Both the position numbers and the translations under genes were made by a program. Positions 1 to 11,306 of a stretch of 64,000 nucleotides of DNA are shown here, piece after piece; the first letter of the stretch is position 1; each line of letters starts with the position of its first letter. The DNA lies in the NCBI GenBank assembly GCA_964036045.1, contig OZ038378.1:12524001-12588000 (forward strand), read 5' to 3'. The notes beneath the pieces are model-generated. The model worked only from the letters and a program-made list of their open reading frames with translations. It was not told the origin of the DNA and did not search any database. The stretch is from Eutreptiella sp. 'Long Island Sound 2002' (lineage: Eukaryota > Protista > Euglenida).

Positions 1-1475
1 CCCTGCGGTAATTCGATCAGGGATAGACTTCCAGGTGAACGTGTGTAGTATTTCACTCCACCCAATAAAAACTCCACAACACAGGGTTGATTGTCTACAG
101 GGAGATCCGCCCCCCATAGTGGTGTGGCAGAAGCATCTGTGAGATCGGTGAGATCTAGGAACTTATCAGCATCTATTGCATACAAAAACAGCTCCGGTCT
201 TGCATTACCACTACCATCGGCTCAAATACTGAATTGTAAACCATCAATGGTATGTTGATCACCCAACTCCATATACACTTTAAGTACCCCCCCTTGTAAA
301 TGTTTGCACATTATTGCATCCGAAGTTGATTCAGACAGGGAACCATAACTCAGGTGTCGAACTTCAAAATTTGCGGAGGTGGATACATTGGAAATCACAC
401 CACGCGGGACAACGGAACGATGGGATTCTGTTTTTGCCAACAGCCGCACTTTGCGCTCGTTGTCGTGCTGCCCGGCCGGCCAATTAAAAGACAGGGTTCC
501 CATAGTACCACTTTGTATCCTCTGTACATCGTTCCACGAACCTTGGTTGTCCTGTTTCTGCAACCACAATCTGACGCTACCAGGATCACTCAATGTGATG
601 TTGTACTCGAAACATACACCATTTAATCGGTCTGGCATTTCGTCATATTGTGTGTGGCACAGAATACATGATACAATGGCATCAGACCCATCACAGGGAA
701 AAGACATCTGAACGTAATCTGCCCATCTGTCCAAATTGTGTGTATTTAAAAGCCTGTGACTGAAGGGGGAGGCATGTGGCCCAATGCAACGCAACCCATT
801 CTCTGTAGACACATAAATGCTCCCGCCATGTGCGGAACCTGACTCCACAAATACAAGTTTTCCGGGTTCCAAATTACTAGACCCATTGATGCCTCCTGTC
901 TGCAAATACAAGACCTCAGTGTCACTCGCAACATTGATGCCATCAATTGTATTACCCGGATTCGTAACTGAGCCGTGCCTCAACAGAACATCAGCATGTA
1001 GCATTCCCTTCTCATGTGCTGATGGCGCAAGAGTATTGATGGGAACCACAAGAATTGTCTCACCACTGCGGCGTAAAATCAAAAGTTGAGCATTCTCAGG
1101 ATCATTGACATTAACAACCACTGTACCATGATCAATGGCTTTTTTCTGTTGTGCAGTCCCATCACCACATCTCCAAATGCCATCACGCTCGCTGCTTGTC
1201 TGACCGAGGAGCAGTACATTTTTACCTGAGCCAACACGATTATTCACATTTATGACACCCGGGTCCGCACTCGTGGATCCTCGCCAGGTGCCATCCAAAA
1301 GATTTTGAAATGCTACGCCAGTGAGAGGCTGTGTGTGTACAGCATCAACGAAAATGCGAACACGCGACGTAGTATTCTGTACCACTTCTGTCACACTGTC
1401 TGTGATGTTGGCTACTGATGCCACATTGACGCTTGAAAGACGACCAGTTGGGTAAAGCGACTGACCACGTTGCAT
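1..1475 (-). pseudogene. Fibre/virion-like beta-rich protein interrupted by an in-frame TGA at 222-224; frame continues off the left edge
   Basis: 417-aa ORF with repeated motifs (GKNVLLLGQTSSERDGIW, IDGINVASDTEVLY) resembling phage/giant-virus fibre repeats; after the TGA the same frame reads ADGSGNARPELFLYAIDADKFLD... with no stop to position 1. Confidence 0.5.
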
Positions 1476-1498
1476 TATATTTTGATTCCTTTGTGTTC

Positions 1499-2032
1499 AT
1501 GAGAAGCAGCATATGTAGTAATGAAAATATTACAGTGATGAGTCAGTGGATGGACAGGCCCCTTTGCAGCGACACAGAAAATCCACACTGTACCGCACTA
1601 AAAAGTAAAAGAGAAGAGTTGCAGCATCTACTTGAGAAAGGTAAGGATGGCACTGCCTACGATAAGGCATACTCTGAGTATAATGAAATTGCCAAACTAT
1701 ATGATAAGTGGGCTGATGAGAATGGTCGGACGGCACTCAAAAAAATCATGGATACACATGGTATAACAGATGACGACATACAACAAAAGAAGAAGCCACG
1801 ATCACCAAAACCACGTCGTTGCAAGCAACAAAAAACCAATGATGGGGGATCCAAGGCGACAGCGTTGATTCTTGATGATGAAAATGAAGAGGATGAAGAG
1901 GATGAGGACTACATTGAAAGCGAAGAAGACGAAGAGGAGGAGGATGAAGAATGCGATGAGGAGGAGGAGAATGATGACAGCGAGGATGAGGAAAACGAGG
2001 AGAAGGATACAGACAAAATGACAGATTTATAA
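1499..2032 (+). CDS. Hypothetical protein with basic patch and long Asp/Glu tail
   Basis: ORF 1433..2032 (first ATG 1499); KKKPRSPKPRR followed by ~45 mostly acidic residues. Confidence 0.65.
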   Translation: MRSSICSNENITVMSQWMDRPLCSDTENPHCTALKSKREELQHLLEKGKDGTAYDKAYSEYNEIAKLYDKWADENGRTALKKIMDTHGITDDDIQQKKKPRSPKPRRCKQQKTNDGGSKATALILDDENEEDEEDEDYIESEEDEEEEDEECDEEEENDDSEDEENEEKDTDKMTDL

Positions 2033-2059
2033 AAGAAGAGAAAAAAAAAGAAAACCATT

Positions 2060-2395
2060 GTGCAATTTAATATATGTATGCATTTCAAATACATGGATTT
2101 ATTCACACACGAGCGCGGTATGTTGCATGTGGCGGAAAAGCTCAGCCAGGCAACAGTGCAAATTCGGAGCTTACAACAATCATTAACAGAAAAGGTTCGT
2201 CTATGTCATCAACTGCGGCGAATTATAGCAGCCATGGAAGCCCATGGGCCACAATATCACATTGACACAATGCCAGTAATTGCAAGAGATGTGTCATCAC
2301 AAACAGATGATATACAATATGAGGAACCGGATGCATACAAGGGGGATGTGTCATATAACATCAGACCCATCGGGATATTGATGGATCACGATTGA
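2060..2395 (+). CDS. Hypothetical protein with short coiled coil; possibly the 3' part of the preceding gene
   Basis: 111-aa ORF (EKLSQATVQIRSLQQSLTEK), in frame with 1433..2032 across a single TAA. Confidence 0.45.
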   Translation: MQFNICMHFKYMDLFTHERGMLHVAEKLSQATVQIRSLQQSLTEKVRLCHQLRRIIAAMEAHGPQYHIDTMPVIARDVSSQTDDIQYEEPDAYKGDVSYNIRPIGILMDHD

Positions 2396-2907
2396 AAACA
2401 TGCAAGAAGACATTTAAATGCCTGCAGTGTTGATTGCCTCGCGTCCGATCCATAATGCATCTGCATCAAATGTTCCAAAAATGACACGGATTCCTTTCCT
2501 TCCGGTACCAGGCACAAGCAGATATTGGTTACATTGTTTTTTTTTTCCTCGCAAAGAACGGCAAGAGCACCAATCGCATTCACCCACTGGCTCCTTTCTA
2601 CTGGCACATCGAAATGATCAGAGCGTCTGTTATCGCATGTGTTAAAATGCTCATACCACATGTCTATGGTATGCAAGCTATGGACATCCTCGTCATCCTT
2701 GACATCCTTGTACGCCAAGCATTGTGTGAACACATATTGCATGGCGGTTGATACTGAGCCTTCAGCGAGAAACCCACCATCTGACCACGACACCAGCCGC
2801 TCGCCCACGCCGATTTTTTCAATGCAGCCTGCCAACTGTAGTAACGTATTTTCCAGTGGTTCCATTTTCGGATCCATATATATGTACGCAACCTTTAAGT
2901 ATGACAA
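2386..2907 (-). CDS. Hypothetical protein
   Basis: 173-aa ORF with globular composition, packed between neighbours. Confidence 0.55.
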   Translation of the reverse strand: MSYLKVAYIYMDPKMEPLENTLLQLAGCIEKIGVGERLVSWSDGGFLAEGSVSTAMQYVFTQCLAYKDVKDDEDVHSLHTIDMWYEHFNTCDNRRSDHFDVPVERSQWVNAIGALAVLCEEKKNNVTNICLCLVPEGKESVSFLEHLMQMHYGSDARQSTLQAFKCLLACFQS

Positions 2908-3053
2908 AAATGAAAAACTGATCCATCATCATTGTACTGCTTCTCCTCCTCTGCTTTATCGTTATACAACATGTTTTACGTCACACATACGCAACAAAAT
3001 CATTCGTCATCGTACCACCATGTGAGAAACACATCCGTCGTTTTTTCAACGAG

Positions 3054-3695
3054 ATGCAGACTGTTGATGTTACATCCCTTATGTACACTGGTGACATTCT
3101 ACTTGTGCACAGTGCTTTTACAACGGGCAACGTAATACGCAACATCACGGGAGCGTGGTATGACCACGTGGCAATGATTTTGAAAAATCCAGAAGGACAG
3201 ATACTACAGCTCTTCAGATGTTCTGTAACACAAGACAAGGGACTGTTTGTTTTGGAATCCATATACCCTCGTCCGAGATTAATACAACTTTCTAAATGGT
3301 TAGACGAGTACAGCAAATCAATTGTTTCCTGGCGTAAATTGCTGTGTGTCCCCGAAGGTGGCAAAGTGTGCAATGGATGTGAACTCATACATCAAATTCT
3401 ACTCTCCGACACACTGCAGACGTGGAGGTATGCAGGACTGACCCAATTCCTCAGTGGTGCATATCTCGAAAGGGTTAACACAAGGCAGTTGTCATCACCA
3501 GTCACATGTGTACAACTAATCCTATCCTTGTATACCGCATGTGGCCTGATTCCTGATGATGCGAGCACAAGACACTGGAATCCACAAAGCTTCTCCGTGA
3601 TACATGATTCTGACAATGTTAACAAATTGCTTTCATACTCGAAATCACAACTTCTTCGAGATACAATTCTACTGAATGTCACAGAATGTGTATGA
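3054..3695 (+). CDS. Permuted papain-like amidase (NlpC/P60, YaeF/YiiX-type)
   Basis: TGDILLV near the N-terminus, His in WYDHVAM preceding Cys in VTCVQLI, and GLIP...NPQSF; the permuted His-before-Cys order. Confidence 0.75.
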   Translation: MQTVDVTSLMYTGDILLVHSAFTTGNVIRNITGAWYDHVAMILKNPEGQILQLFRCSVTQDKGLFVLESIYPRPRLIQLSKWLDEYSKSIVSWRKLLCVPEGGKVCNGCELIHQILLSDTLQTWRYAGLTQFLSGAYLERVNTRQLSSPVTCVQLILSLYTACGLIPDDASTRHWNPQSFSVIHDSDNVNKLLSYSKSQLLRDTILLNVTECV

Positions 3696-4080
3696 ATATA
3701 AACGCATAGTACACCAAAACGATCGCAATGGCACACAACGTCAGATTAGCACACACATTGGGACGTGTCATACCAATAACATTTTCAATACATCGGATGG
3801 AACAGATCACATACACCGTCATTGGAATGGTGCAGATAATATATACACACAATGCAATTCGTTGTTGCTTTGACAGAATGAAAAACACCATGGACACGGT
3901 GATTAGTACACCATACGCGGCACTGATGCACAATTCTGCCTTGTGATGTACTGTACGGAATTGACCATTCACGGATTCACTCTGCCGATGAAAAACGCGA
4001 TGAAACACACATACGCTGTAAATTACCACCGTCATCCAAATAAAAGTCACAACCATGTGTAGAAACATGTACAATGGCAT
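3679..4080 (-). CDS. Small multi-pass membrane protein
   Basis: 133 aa with 3-4 hydrophobic segments. Confidence 0.45.
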   Translation of the reverse strand: MPLYMFLHMVVTFIWMTVVIYSVCVFHRVFHRQSESVNGQFRTVHHKAELCISAAYGVLITVSMVFFILSKQQRIALCVYIICTIPMTVYVICSIRCIENVIGMTRPNVCANLTLCAIAIVLVYYAFIFIHIL

Positions 4081-4320
4081 TTTTGGTTTTACTACTACTT
4101 ACTTACTTCTACCATTACCTAATTGCTGGTGTCAGTATATCTGTTGGCTTTTCATCGCACGCTATCCAATGGTCTGATATATATCCTTCGGTGTAATGCA
4201 CACTGTATTGTTGCAAAACCATCAACACAAGAGCAAAAGCACTGACACAAGAAATAACAATTGTAGCAACAGAAACTTGCATTTTTATTGCCTTTTACAA
4301 ACATATACAAGAGACATATA

Positions 4321-5832
4321 CTATATTGTTTCGTCCTGTGCGGCAGCGGCCCAATATGGCTTTGTCCCTTGAATGGGTAAATATGTATTGGGATCAATGA
4401 ACAGGTCTTTTTGTGTGACGTCAAGGGGTTCCACTTGGTCGCGCAATTTGTTATGTGAGTTTCTGTATCTCCGTTTCATGAGATCTGCAATTTTGTCAAC
4501 TTTGATTTCGATCGTGTACTTCAGCATTATGTTGCCACCCGCGCCATACCCGTCTGCCAATTTACAAGCCAGTTTATCTATCAAATTCGTATTGTCCTGA
4601 CCGACTACCTGAACTGCTATTCCATCGAGAAGGGCTTTTACCACAAACGGGATGCTGGGTTGTGTCAAATGATTCTCGTTCCCCCACATTACATCTTTGC
4701 CATTCTTGTCAATCAACAAAACGTCTAGTTTTTGCCACCATGAACGCCACGAGTTCCTCACAACTTTCAGAGTATGGCGGCGTAATCGAATCTCAATTGC
4801 CTTATACATGTCATGGGCATCACAATCTCGACGAAAGATATGCTGTATGTCAACAAAAATACTGGCTATAATCATCACTGTCACCCTTAAAAGTATGTCC
4901 GCTATTACTGCTGCACGCGTCAATTCCTTTTCGTCAGTCTCCACAACCCGGAAGGGACCCCATTTCATTGGTAGCGGTACACCATGCTGACTGAAGGAAG
5001 CCACCATTGACCGAAATGGCAAATCCAATAACCTTTCGTTGTGCGGAATTTCATTGGGCATTGCCAGACGCCATTTGTCAAGATATAGCAGGATCAAGAA
5101 AAATTGTGTTTCAAACTTGTCACGGGTCCATACATTGTTCTTATTTTGGCACAGCAAAGCATGCTAATGTTTAGGGTCACGTTGTCTGGATTGTTTCTTT
5201 GTTGACTTGCTTGTCACATCACGTTCAGTCACATCTTTCACAGACTGCCATATGGTCTGATCTCTGTCACCAAAAGGCGCACTGATGGCAAACGGTACTG
5301 AGACCGATGCACGCAGGAAGTACACTGGCGACCAGGGTATAGTGCATGGGTACAATGCATATGTCTCATCGTTGCTCCATGACAATGCATCTGTCAATGT
5401 CCGCATCCGAGGAGGACGACGATCAGCAACTGCAGATTTCAGCAGTGTGTAATGTGTTTGTATGTCAAATGCCTGTCTTCGTGTAAGTGCCGAAAGTACA
5501 GATGTATACATTGGCCCCCTATCATGTGTGTACTGCACGTATTTCAGAAACACCCGTTTACCAGTTGTGAACATCCGTGACAATGACTCAATGTGATATC
5601 TGGCTGATATGTGAGCATCAACCAGTCTCCATGTCCCCATCATTGCATCCCATGTACGGACACCTACCCGGTATCCTGGTAGATGGACCTCATCATCACC
5701 TGCATAATCAGTACCATCACTTCCTCGGCCGGCTTTACCCTTATGCCTCCTATCAGCAGAGTGACGTATACTTTTCACAACTACGGCACGGGTGATTAAA
5801 ACCGGCTTGAATTTTAAAATTGCATCTGTCAA
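4321..5832 (-). pseudogene. Hypothetical ~500-codon gene split by an in-frame TAG at 5164-5166
   Basis: ORFs 5164..5832 and 4321..5157 are in the same frame, joined as ...RDPKH*HALLCQNK... Confidence 0.5.
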
Positions 5833-6008
5833 TTTGTTCTGTACCCCACGCCGCTGTTGCGGGGCGGTCTGATTCCAAAAATACGTTCATCTGACATGGT
5901 GTGTTGTTATACATACATATATGTCCAAGGTCTCTTATTAGTAGTCGTGGATGTGTTACATTGAACAAATTTGCTGATCATTTTTCAAGCACGATTCGCG
6001 TACTATAG

Positions 6009-6326
6009 GATGCAGAATATTTGTGTCCTGCTGCAAGTGTTAGAAGATTTTACAGCCAAACATTGACACAAACCGCAACCACACTGACTGTGGATACATT
6101 GAATGCATTCTGAGGCTCTGAACTACCTGTAAGGGTGCATCGTGACGGAAATGAGGTCTTGATCCAGGTGCGCAAAGTGATTGATGATGATTGGAGTGAT
6201 GATGATGATGCACAACAAAAACACTATTGGCATCACGTTTCGGACGAAGTACGTGCAATGCACTTGGAGACAAAAATGCCCGCACATCTCGACCAATTCT
6301 CATCTGGATACACAAATCTGGGTTGA
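6009..6326 (+). pseudogene. Possible gene fragment with in-frame TGA at 6111-6113
   Basis: Frame reads DAEYLCP...TLNAF*GSELPVRVHRDGNEVLIQVRKVIDDDWSDDDD. Confidence 0.25.
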
Positions 6327-6368
6327 ATGATAAACGTTCAGACATACATACGTACCACCGAATTGAGG

Positions 6369-6857
6369 CTAGATCAGGGTTGGATGCTCATATGGATTAC
6401 ATACGGTCATACAGGAGATTGTAGGTTCCATCGCCGCTGTCGCTTTCTGTTCGGTACACACGGAAATCTGCTCGATTGATTGGGACATAAAAGCATCAAG
6501 GGCATCACTGAGGTCTAGATTACAACAGGAATTGTGATACAATGCATACTGGCTGCTGTCACTGTCATAGTCTGCAATGTTAATCACAGTGTATCCACCA
6601 CCCCGCTGTAGCATAACCATTGACACAACTGACGCAACCATGGTATAAGCCACTACCTGAAATTCTGTGACATGATCCATATTGCAGTAGATGGTGTTCA
6701 TTCGCGGAATTGGAGTTAGATCAGGATGACCAATCTGAAAGGAGCCGGCGTCGATCTCACTGGTGACGGTCAATAGCTTACAGTGTAGATTTTCGGCAAT
6801 GCGGAGGAAGTTTTCATTTTTGCAGATGTTAATGTATTCACCAATGCGTAATGACAT
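6369..6857 (-). CDS. Hypothetical protein
   Basis: 162-aa ORF. Confidence 0.5.
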   Translation of the reverse strand: MSLRIGEYINICKNENFLRIAENLHCKLLTVTSEIDAGSFQIGHPDLTPIPRMNTIYCNMDHVTEFQVVAYTMVASVVSMVMLQRGGGYTVINIADYDSDSSQYALYHNSCCNLDLSDALDAFMSQSIEQISVCTEQKATAAMEPTISCMTVCNPYEHPTLI

Positions 6858-7088
6858 GACAGATTCTGAAGAACATTATTCTGAAGGAGCTCATGCAACA
6901 ACCGCATTCTGCAACGCATCATCCATTACTATCTTGGTTAACAGTTTTGAGGCCAAGGTAATATGTACGTATCTATCTATATCTATGCATTGCGGAACTT
7001 GATATACCGAATGCAACGCTTCATATACACACCAGGTTTTCGTGTTCTTCTGATGGACTTCTATTTTATCGTGTTGCTGAATAAGACA

Positions 7089-7427
7089 ATGCCCTGCCTA
7101 AATCGGTTTCAAAAGATGTTTGACATACCTAAAACAAACCATCAGTCAACAAATGAAATCTTATCACACCTATTCGGGCCACTGTTGCCCAAAACACGAA
7201 ATACAGTCACTGCAGACTTTATCGCTGCCGTGATTGTTCACTGTCGATTCGAAGGGGGTGTGGAGGAATTGCGAAAATTACCAGTCCGCACACTTGCTGA
7301 TTCGACACGGTCGTATCTTTTGTTGTTGCAGACAGCTGACATACTAACATTTGGTGTGATTTGCATTGGCTTCGCCAAATTGCTCAGGGCTCTTAAAATG
7401 GAATACCCTCTGAGCAGAGTGTTGTGA
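7089..7427 (+). pseudogene. 5' end of tyrosine recombinase 1 (first duplicate copy), cut by TGA 7425-7427
   Basis: ATG at 7089 (MPCLNRFQKMFD...); the matching codon in the second copy is CGA (9189-9191). Confidence 0.8.
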
Positions 7428-10400
7428 TCCACATTGACACGGGGAATACGGGGAAGAGGTATTTTGTCACAAGAATTCAAAATACCCGTGTTCACACACA
7501 GTGTGACAAATCAAATTCTGGAGTATCTATTTGGGCCATTGATGCCATCCAGGCGGGCATACTGTGCATACTCCGGGTTGCGGTTTATAATTTCACTTGT
7601 GCATTTTTGTAGGTTTGACAATGTCCATGCGATACACAGCATGGATGCTGGAGATTGGATACAAAAATTTCGAGAATACAGTTCTCATTTACAGAAAATA
7701 CCACCACTGATAACAGTGCAGGTGGCACTGACAAAGCTGCTCAGGGTACTCGGGGTCCACTGTCCACGCCCTATTAGACGCGACATACTGGGCAGGGGAT
7801 ATCGAAAAACTTGTATAGATGGTGCATGCCGCACCAAAATGACTGCCGCACTGATATCGTTCGCATCCAGCGATAAACAGATGCTGCGATGTAGTACAGC
7901 ACAATACCAACGCAACATACAAAGCATAGAGACACTCACAGTGAATTTGTCGCGAAAGTTTAATCTATCCTTGCCACACCAACTACTCGACGTCACACCC
8001 CAGCAGATGGTCAAATTCCTTGAAAAAGCAGGTTGTCCCAGTCAGTGTGTAAGAATCTTTGTTCGATTCTACGAGTCTGTAATCGTAGACACTTCCATTG
8101 ACTCAAACGATATACATAAAGCAGCACTACTTGCCAGTACTGCCAGTCCAAGGGGAATATATACAAAAATACTAGCGCTGGTTGCATTGGGCATCGCCTC
8201 TAACTTCAACGTGCACAGTGCGGACGACATGTGTAAGCTGAATGTAGTAGAATTTCGCGAATGGCTGACAGAAAATTGGGGTTACAAAAAATGGATTATG
8301 AGGGCTCTACTTCGAACGCGACAGAAACACATGACCAGCTCACATGGCCTCAATCGTGTTTTCGAATGCCACTGGCCGGATGCTGCTGATCAATGTGACA
8401 TTCGATTTATTTTGCACAAGGCAGTAAGGAAGGGCCACAAAGATCACCAGGTTGCAAAGAATGTGACTGCCTTCCGCTGGATGGCCCGAATGAGAGATGC
8501 AGAGAAATGCGACAGCATTCGAACACTCATTGGCTGGCCAGTCAGCTGTTCCTCCTTTGTATCATTCCTAGCTCGCATGCGTGCCTATGTGTACAGGCAC
8601 ATTCAGACAAGAGCAGCATTTGACGACAACGAGTGTGAAGTTGATCCTTTCCAAAATCTGTATAACACTTTAATGAGCTGGGTACGATCAGGAGTATTTG
8701 AAAAAATACCAGTTACGTGGATTCCGGACAGGACATTAATGCTGCAGGCCACAATGGAGCTACCAGACCTACCAGAGCTATACGCAAGGATACCACCAAA
8801 TCGTGTTCACAGCAAGCAGCGGTACGAACTGACAGATGAAATTGTTGATGCGCTGCCCTGCCTAAATCGGTTTCAAAAGATGTTTGACATACCTAAAACA
8901 AACCATCAGTCAACAAATGAAATCTTATCACACCTATTCGGGCCACTGTTGCCCAAAACACGAAATACAGTCACTGCAGACTTTATCGCTGCCGTGATTG
9001 TTCACTGTCGATTCGAAGGGGGTGTGGAGGAATTGCGAAAATTACCAGTCCGCACACTTGCTGATTCGACACGGTCGTATCTTTTGTTGTTGCAGACAGC
9101 TGACATACCAACATTTGGTGTGATTTGCATTGGCTTCGCCAAATTGCTCAGGGCTCTTAAAATGGAATACCCTCTGAGCAGAGTGTTGCGATCCACATTG
9201 ACACGGGGAATACGGGGAAGAGGTATTTTGTCACAAGAATTCAAAATACCCGTGTTCACACACAGTGTGACAAATCAAATTCTGGAGTATCTATTTGGGC
9301 CATTGATGCCATCCAGGCGGGCATACTGTGCATACTCCGGGTTGCGGTTTATAATTTCACTTGTGCATTTTTGTAGGTTTGACAATGTCCATGCGATACA
9401 CAGCATGGATGCTGGAGATTGGATACAAAAATTTCGAGAATACAGTTCTCATTTACAGAAAATACCACCACTGATAACAGTGCAGGTGGCACTGACAAAG
9501 CTGCTCAGGGTACTCGGGGTCCACTGTCCACGCCCTATTAGACGCGACATACTGGGCAGGGGATATCGAAAAACTTGTATAGATGGTGCATGCCGCACCA
9601 AAATGACTGCCGCACTGATATCGTTCGCATCCAGCGATAAACAGATGCTGCGATGTAGTACAGCACAATACCAACGCAACATACAAAGCATAGAGACACT
9701 CACAGTGAATTTGTCGCGAAAGTTTAATCTATCCTTGCCACACCAACTACTCGACGTCACACCCCAGCAGATGGTCAAATTCCTTGAAAAAGCAGGTTGT
9801 CCCAGTCAGTGTGTAAGAATCCTTGTTCGATTCTACGAGTCTGTAATCGTAGACACTTCCATTGACTCAAACGATATACATAAAGCAGCACTACTTGCCA
9901 GTACTGCCAGTCCAAGGGGAATATATACAAAAATACTAGCGCTGGTTGCATTGGGCATCGCCTCTAACTTCAACGTGCACAGTGCGGACGACATGTGTAA
10001 GCTGAATGTAGTAGAATTTCGCGAATGGCTGACAGAAAATTGGGGTTACAAAAAATGGATTATGAGGGCTCTACTTCGAACGCGACAGAAACACATGACC
10101 AGCTCACATGGCCTCAATCGTGTTTTCGAATGCCACTGGCCGGATGCTGCTGATCAATGTGACATTCGATTTATTTTGCACAAGGCAGTAAGGAAGGGCC
10201 ACAAAGATCACCAGGTTGCAAAGAATGTGACTGCCTTCCGCTGGATGGCCCGAATGAGAGATGCAGAGAAATGCGACAGCATTCGAACACTCATTGGCTG
10301 GCCAGTCAGCTGTTCCTCCTTTGTATCATTCCTAGCTCGCATGCGTGCCTATGTGTACAGGCACATTCAGACAAGAGCAGCATTTGACGACAACGAGTGT

Positions 10401-10619
10401 GAAGTTGATCCTTTCCAAAATCTGTATAACACTTTAATGAGCTGGGTACGATCAGGAGTATTTGAAAAAATACCAGTTACGTGGATTCCGGACAGGACAT
10501 TAATGCTGCAGGCCACAATGGAGCTACCAGACCTACCAGAGCTATACGCAAGGATACCACCAAATCGTGTTCACAGCAAGCAGCGGTACGAACTGACAGA
10601 TGAAATTGTTGATGCGCTG
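7090..10619 (+). repeat. Tandem duplication with a 1764-bp (588-codon) unit inside the recombinase 1 gene
   Basis: 7090..8853 matches 8854..10617 with TG microhomology at the junction; three substitutions found (7345, 7425, 8058). Confidence 0.97.
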
Positions 10620-11306
10620 ACATGTGCATGCAAATCGCCAGAAGAGAAACTGTACATCGAAATAAGTCGTGCAACAGGTCTCAGAGCCAGTGCAATGGCT
10701 AGAATGCAGGTCGCTGACATCTGGGACATACAACAGAGTAGCCCGAAAAAAAGGATCAGGGTATTAGAAAAAAACAAGAAATATCGCATTGTGGAAATGA
10801 GTGATTCACTCAAATCCTGTGTTGAAATCTTTATCGGCGGTACTGAACAATGCAGCACACAATACATATTTGGGCAATTTGCACTGCGTAGGGGACCACA
10901 TGTGACCCGCCGTATACTTTGGAGGCTTTGTGATCGAGTGGGCATAAAAAGAGCATACCACCATGCGTGGAGGAGCTATATAGTCTCCACCTGTGTTAGT
11001 CGCGGCGTTCCGATAGATGTTGTCTCCCGCTGGATTGGCCATGCGTCATCTGAGGTCACAATGAAGTATTACCTTTCCAAGGCACAGACAGACATGGCAA
11101 TACGAAATGCACTACAGCCATCTGACAACAGCAACGGCAACAACAATATAGCCATATCTGGAAACGATGCAATGTGGCAACGGCTCAGAGAAATGAACAC
11201 AGCCTTGGATGAAGCAGAGGCGGAAAATCACAATCTGCGCACAATGCTCACTGACAAAAAAGTAAAATTTACATCCCACCTGGATCCATTCGGCTGGAGG
11301 GATTAA
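7434..11306 (+). CDS. Tyrosine recombinase 1 (subfamily B), long N-terminal region duplicated, C-terminal coiled coil
   Basis: TGLRASA (R), EKNKK (K), HAWR (HxxR), WIGH (H), MKYY (Y); tail LREMNTALDEAEAENHNLRTML. Confidence 0.88.
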   Translation: MTRGIRGRGILSQEFKIPVFTHSVTNQILEYLFGPLMPSRRAYCAYSGLRFIISLVHFCRFDNVHAIHSMDAGDWIQKFREYSSHLQKIPPLITVQVALTKLLRVLGVHCPRPIRRDILGRGYRKTCIDGACRTKMTAALISFASSDKQMLRCSTAQYQRNIQSIETLTVNLSRKFNLSLPHQLLDVTPQQMVKFLEKAGCPSQCVRIFVRFYESVIVDTSIDSNDIHKAALLASTASPRGIYTKILALVALGIASNFNVHSADDMCKLNVVEFREWLTENWGYKKWIMRALLRTRQKHMTSSHGLNRVFECHWPDAADQCDIRFILHKAVRKGHKDHQVAKNVTAFRWMARMRDAEKCDSIRTLIGWPVSCSSFVSFLARMRAYVYRHIQTRAAFDDNECEVDPFQNLYNTLMSWVRSGVFEKIPVTWIPDRTLMLQATMELPDLPELYARIPPNRVHSKQRYELTDEIVDALPCLNRFQKMFDIPKTNHQSTNEILSHLFGPLLPKTRNTVTADFIAAVIVHCRFEGGVEELRKLPVRTLADSTRSYLLLLQTADIPTFGVICIGFAKLLRALKMEYPLSRVLRSTLTRGIRGRGILSQEFKIPVFTHSVTNQILEYLFGPLMPSRRAYCAYSGLRFIISLVHFCRFDNVHAIHSMDAGDWIQKFREYSSHLQKIPPLITVQVALTKLLRVLGVHCPRPIRRDILGRGYRKTCIDGACRTKMTAALISFASSDKQMLRCSTAQYQRNIQSIETLTVNLSRKFNLSLPHQLLDVTPQQMVKFLEKAGCPSQCVRILVRFYESVIVDTSIDSNDIHKAALLASTASPRGIYTKILALVALGIASNFNVHSADDMCKLNVVEFREWLTENWGYKKWIMRALLRTRQKHMTSSHGLNRVFECHWPDAADQCDIRFILHKAVRKGHKDHQVAKNVTAFRWMARMRDAEKCDSIRTLIGWPVSCSSFVSFLARMRAYVYRHIQTRAAFDDNECEVDPFQNLYNTLMSWVRSGVFEKIPVTWIPDRTLMLQATMELPDLPELYARIPPNRVHSKQRYELTDEIVDALTCACKSPEEKLYIEISRATGLRASAMARMQVADIWDIQQSSPKKRIRVLEKNKKYRIVEMSDSLKSCVEIFIGGTEQCSTQYIFGQFALRRGPHVTRRILWRLCDRVGIKRAYHHAWRSYIVSTCVSRGVPIDVVSRWIGHASSEVTMKYYLSKAQTDMAIRNALQPSDNSNGNNNIAISGNDAMWQRLREMNTALDEAEAENHNLRTMLTDKKVKFTSHLDPFGWRD

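Noticed and set aside
7090-10619. 1764-bp duplication as a pure assembly artefact
   Set aside because: The copies differ at three sites with a consistent direction and have a microhomology junction; not fully excluded without reads
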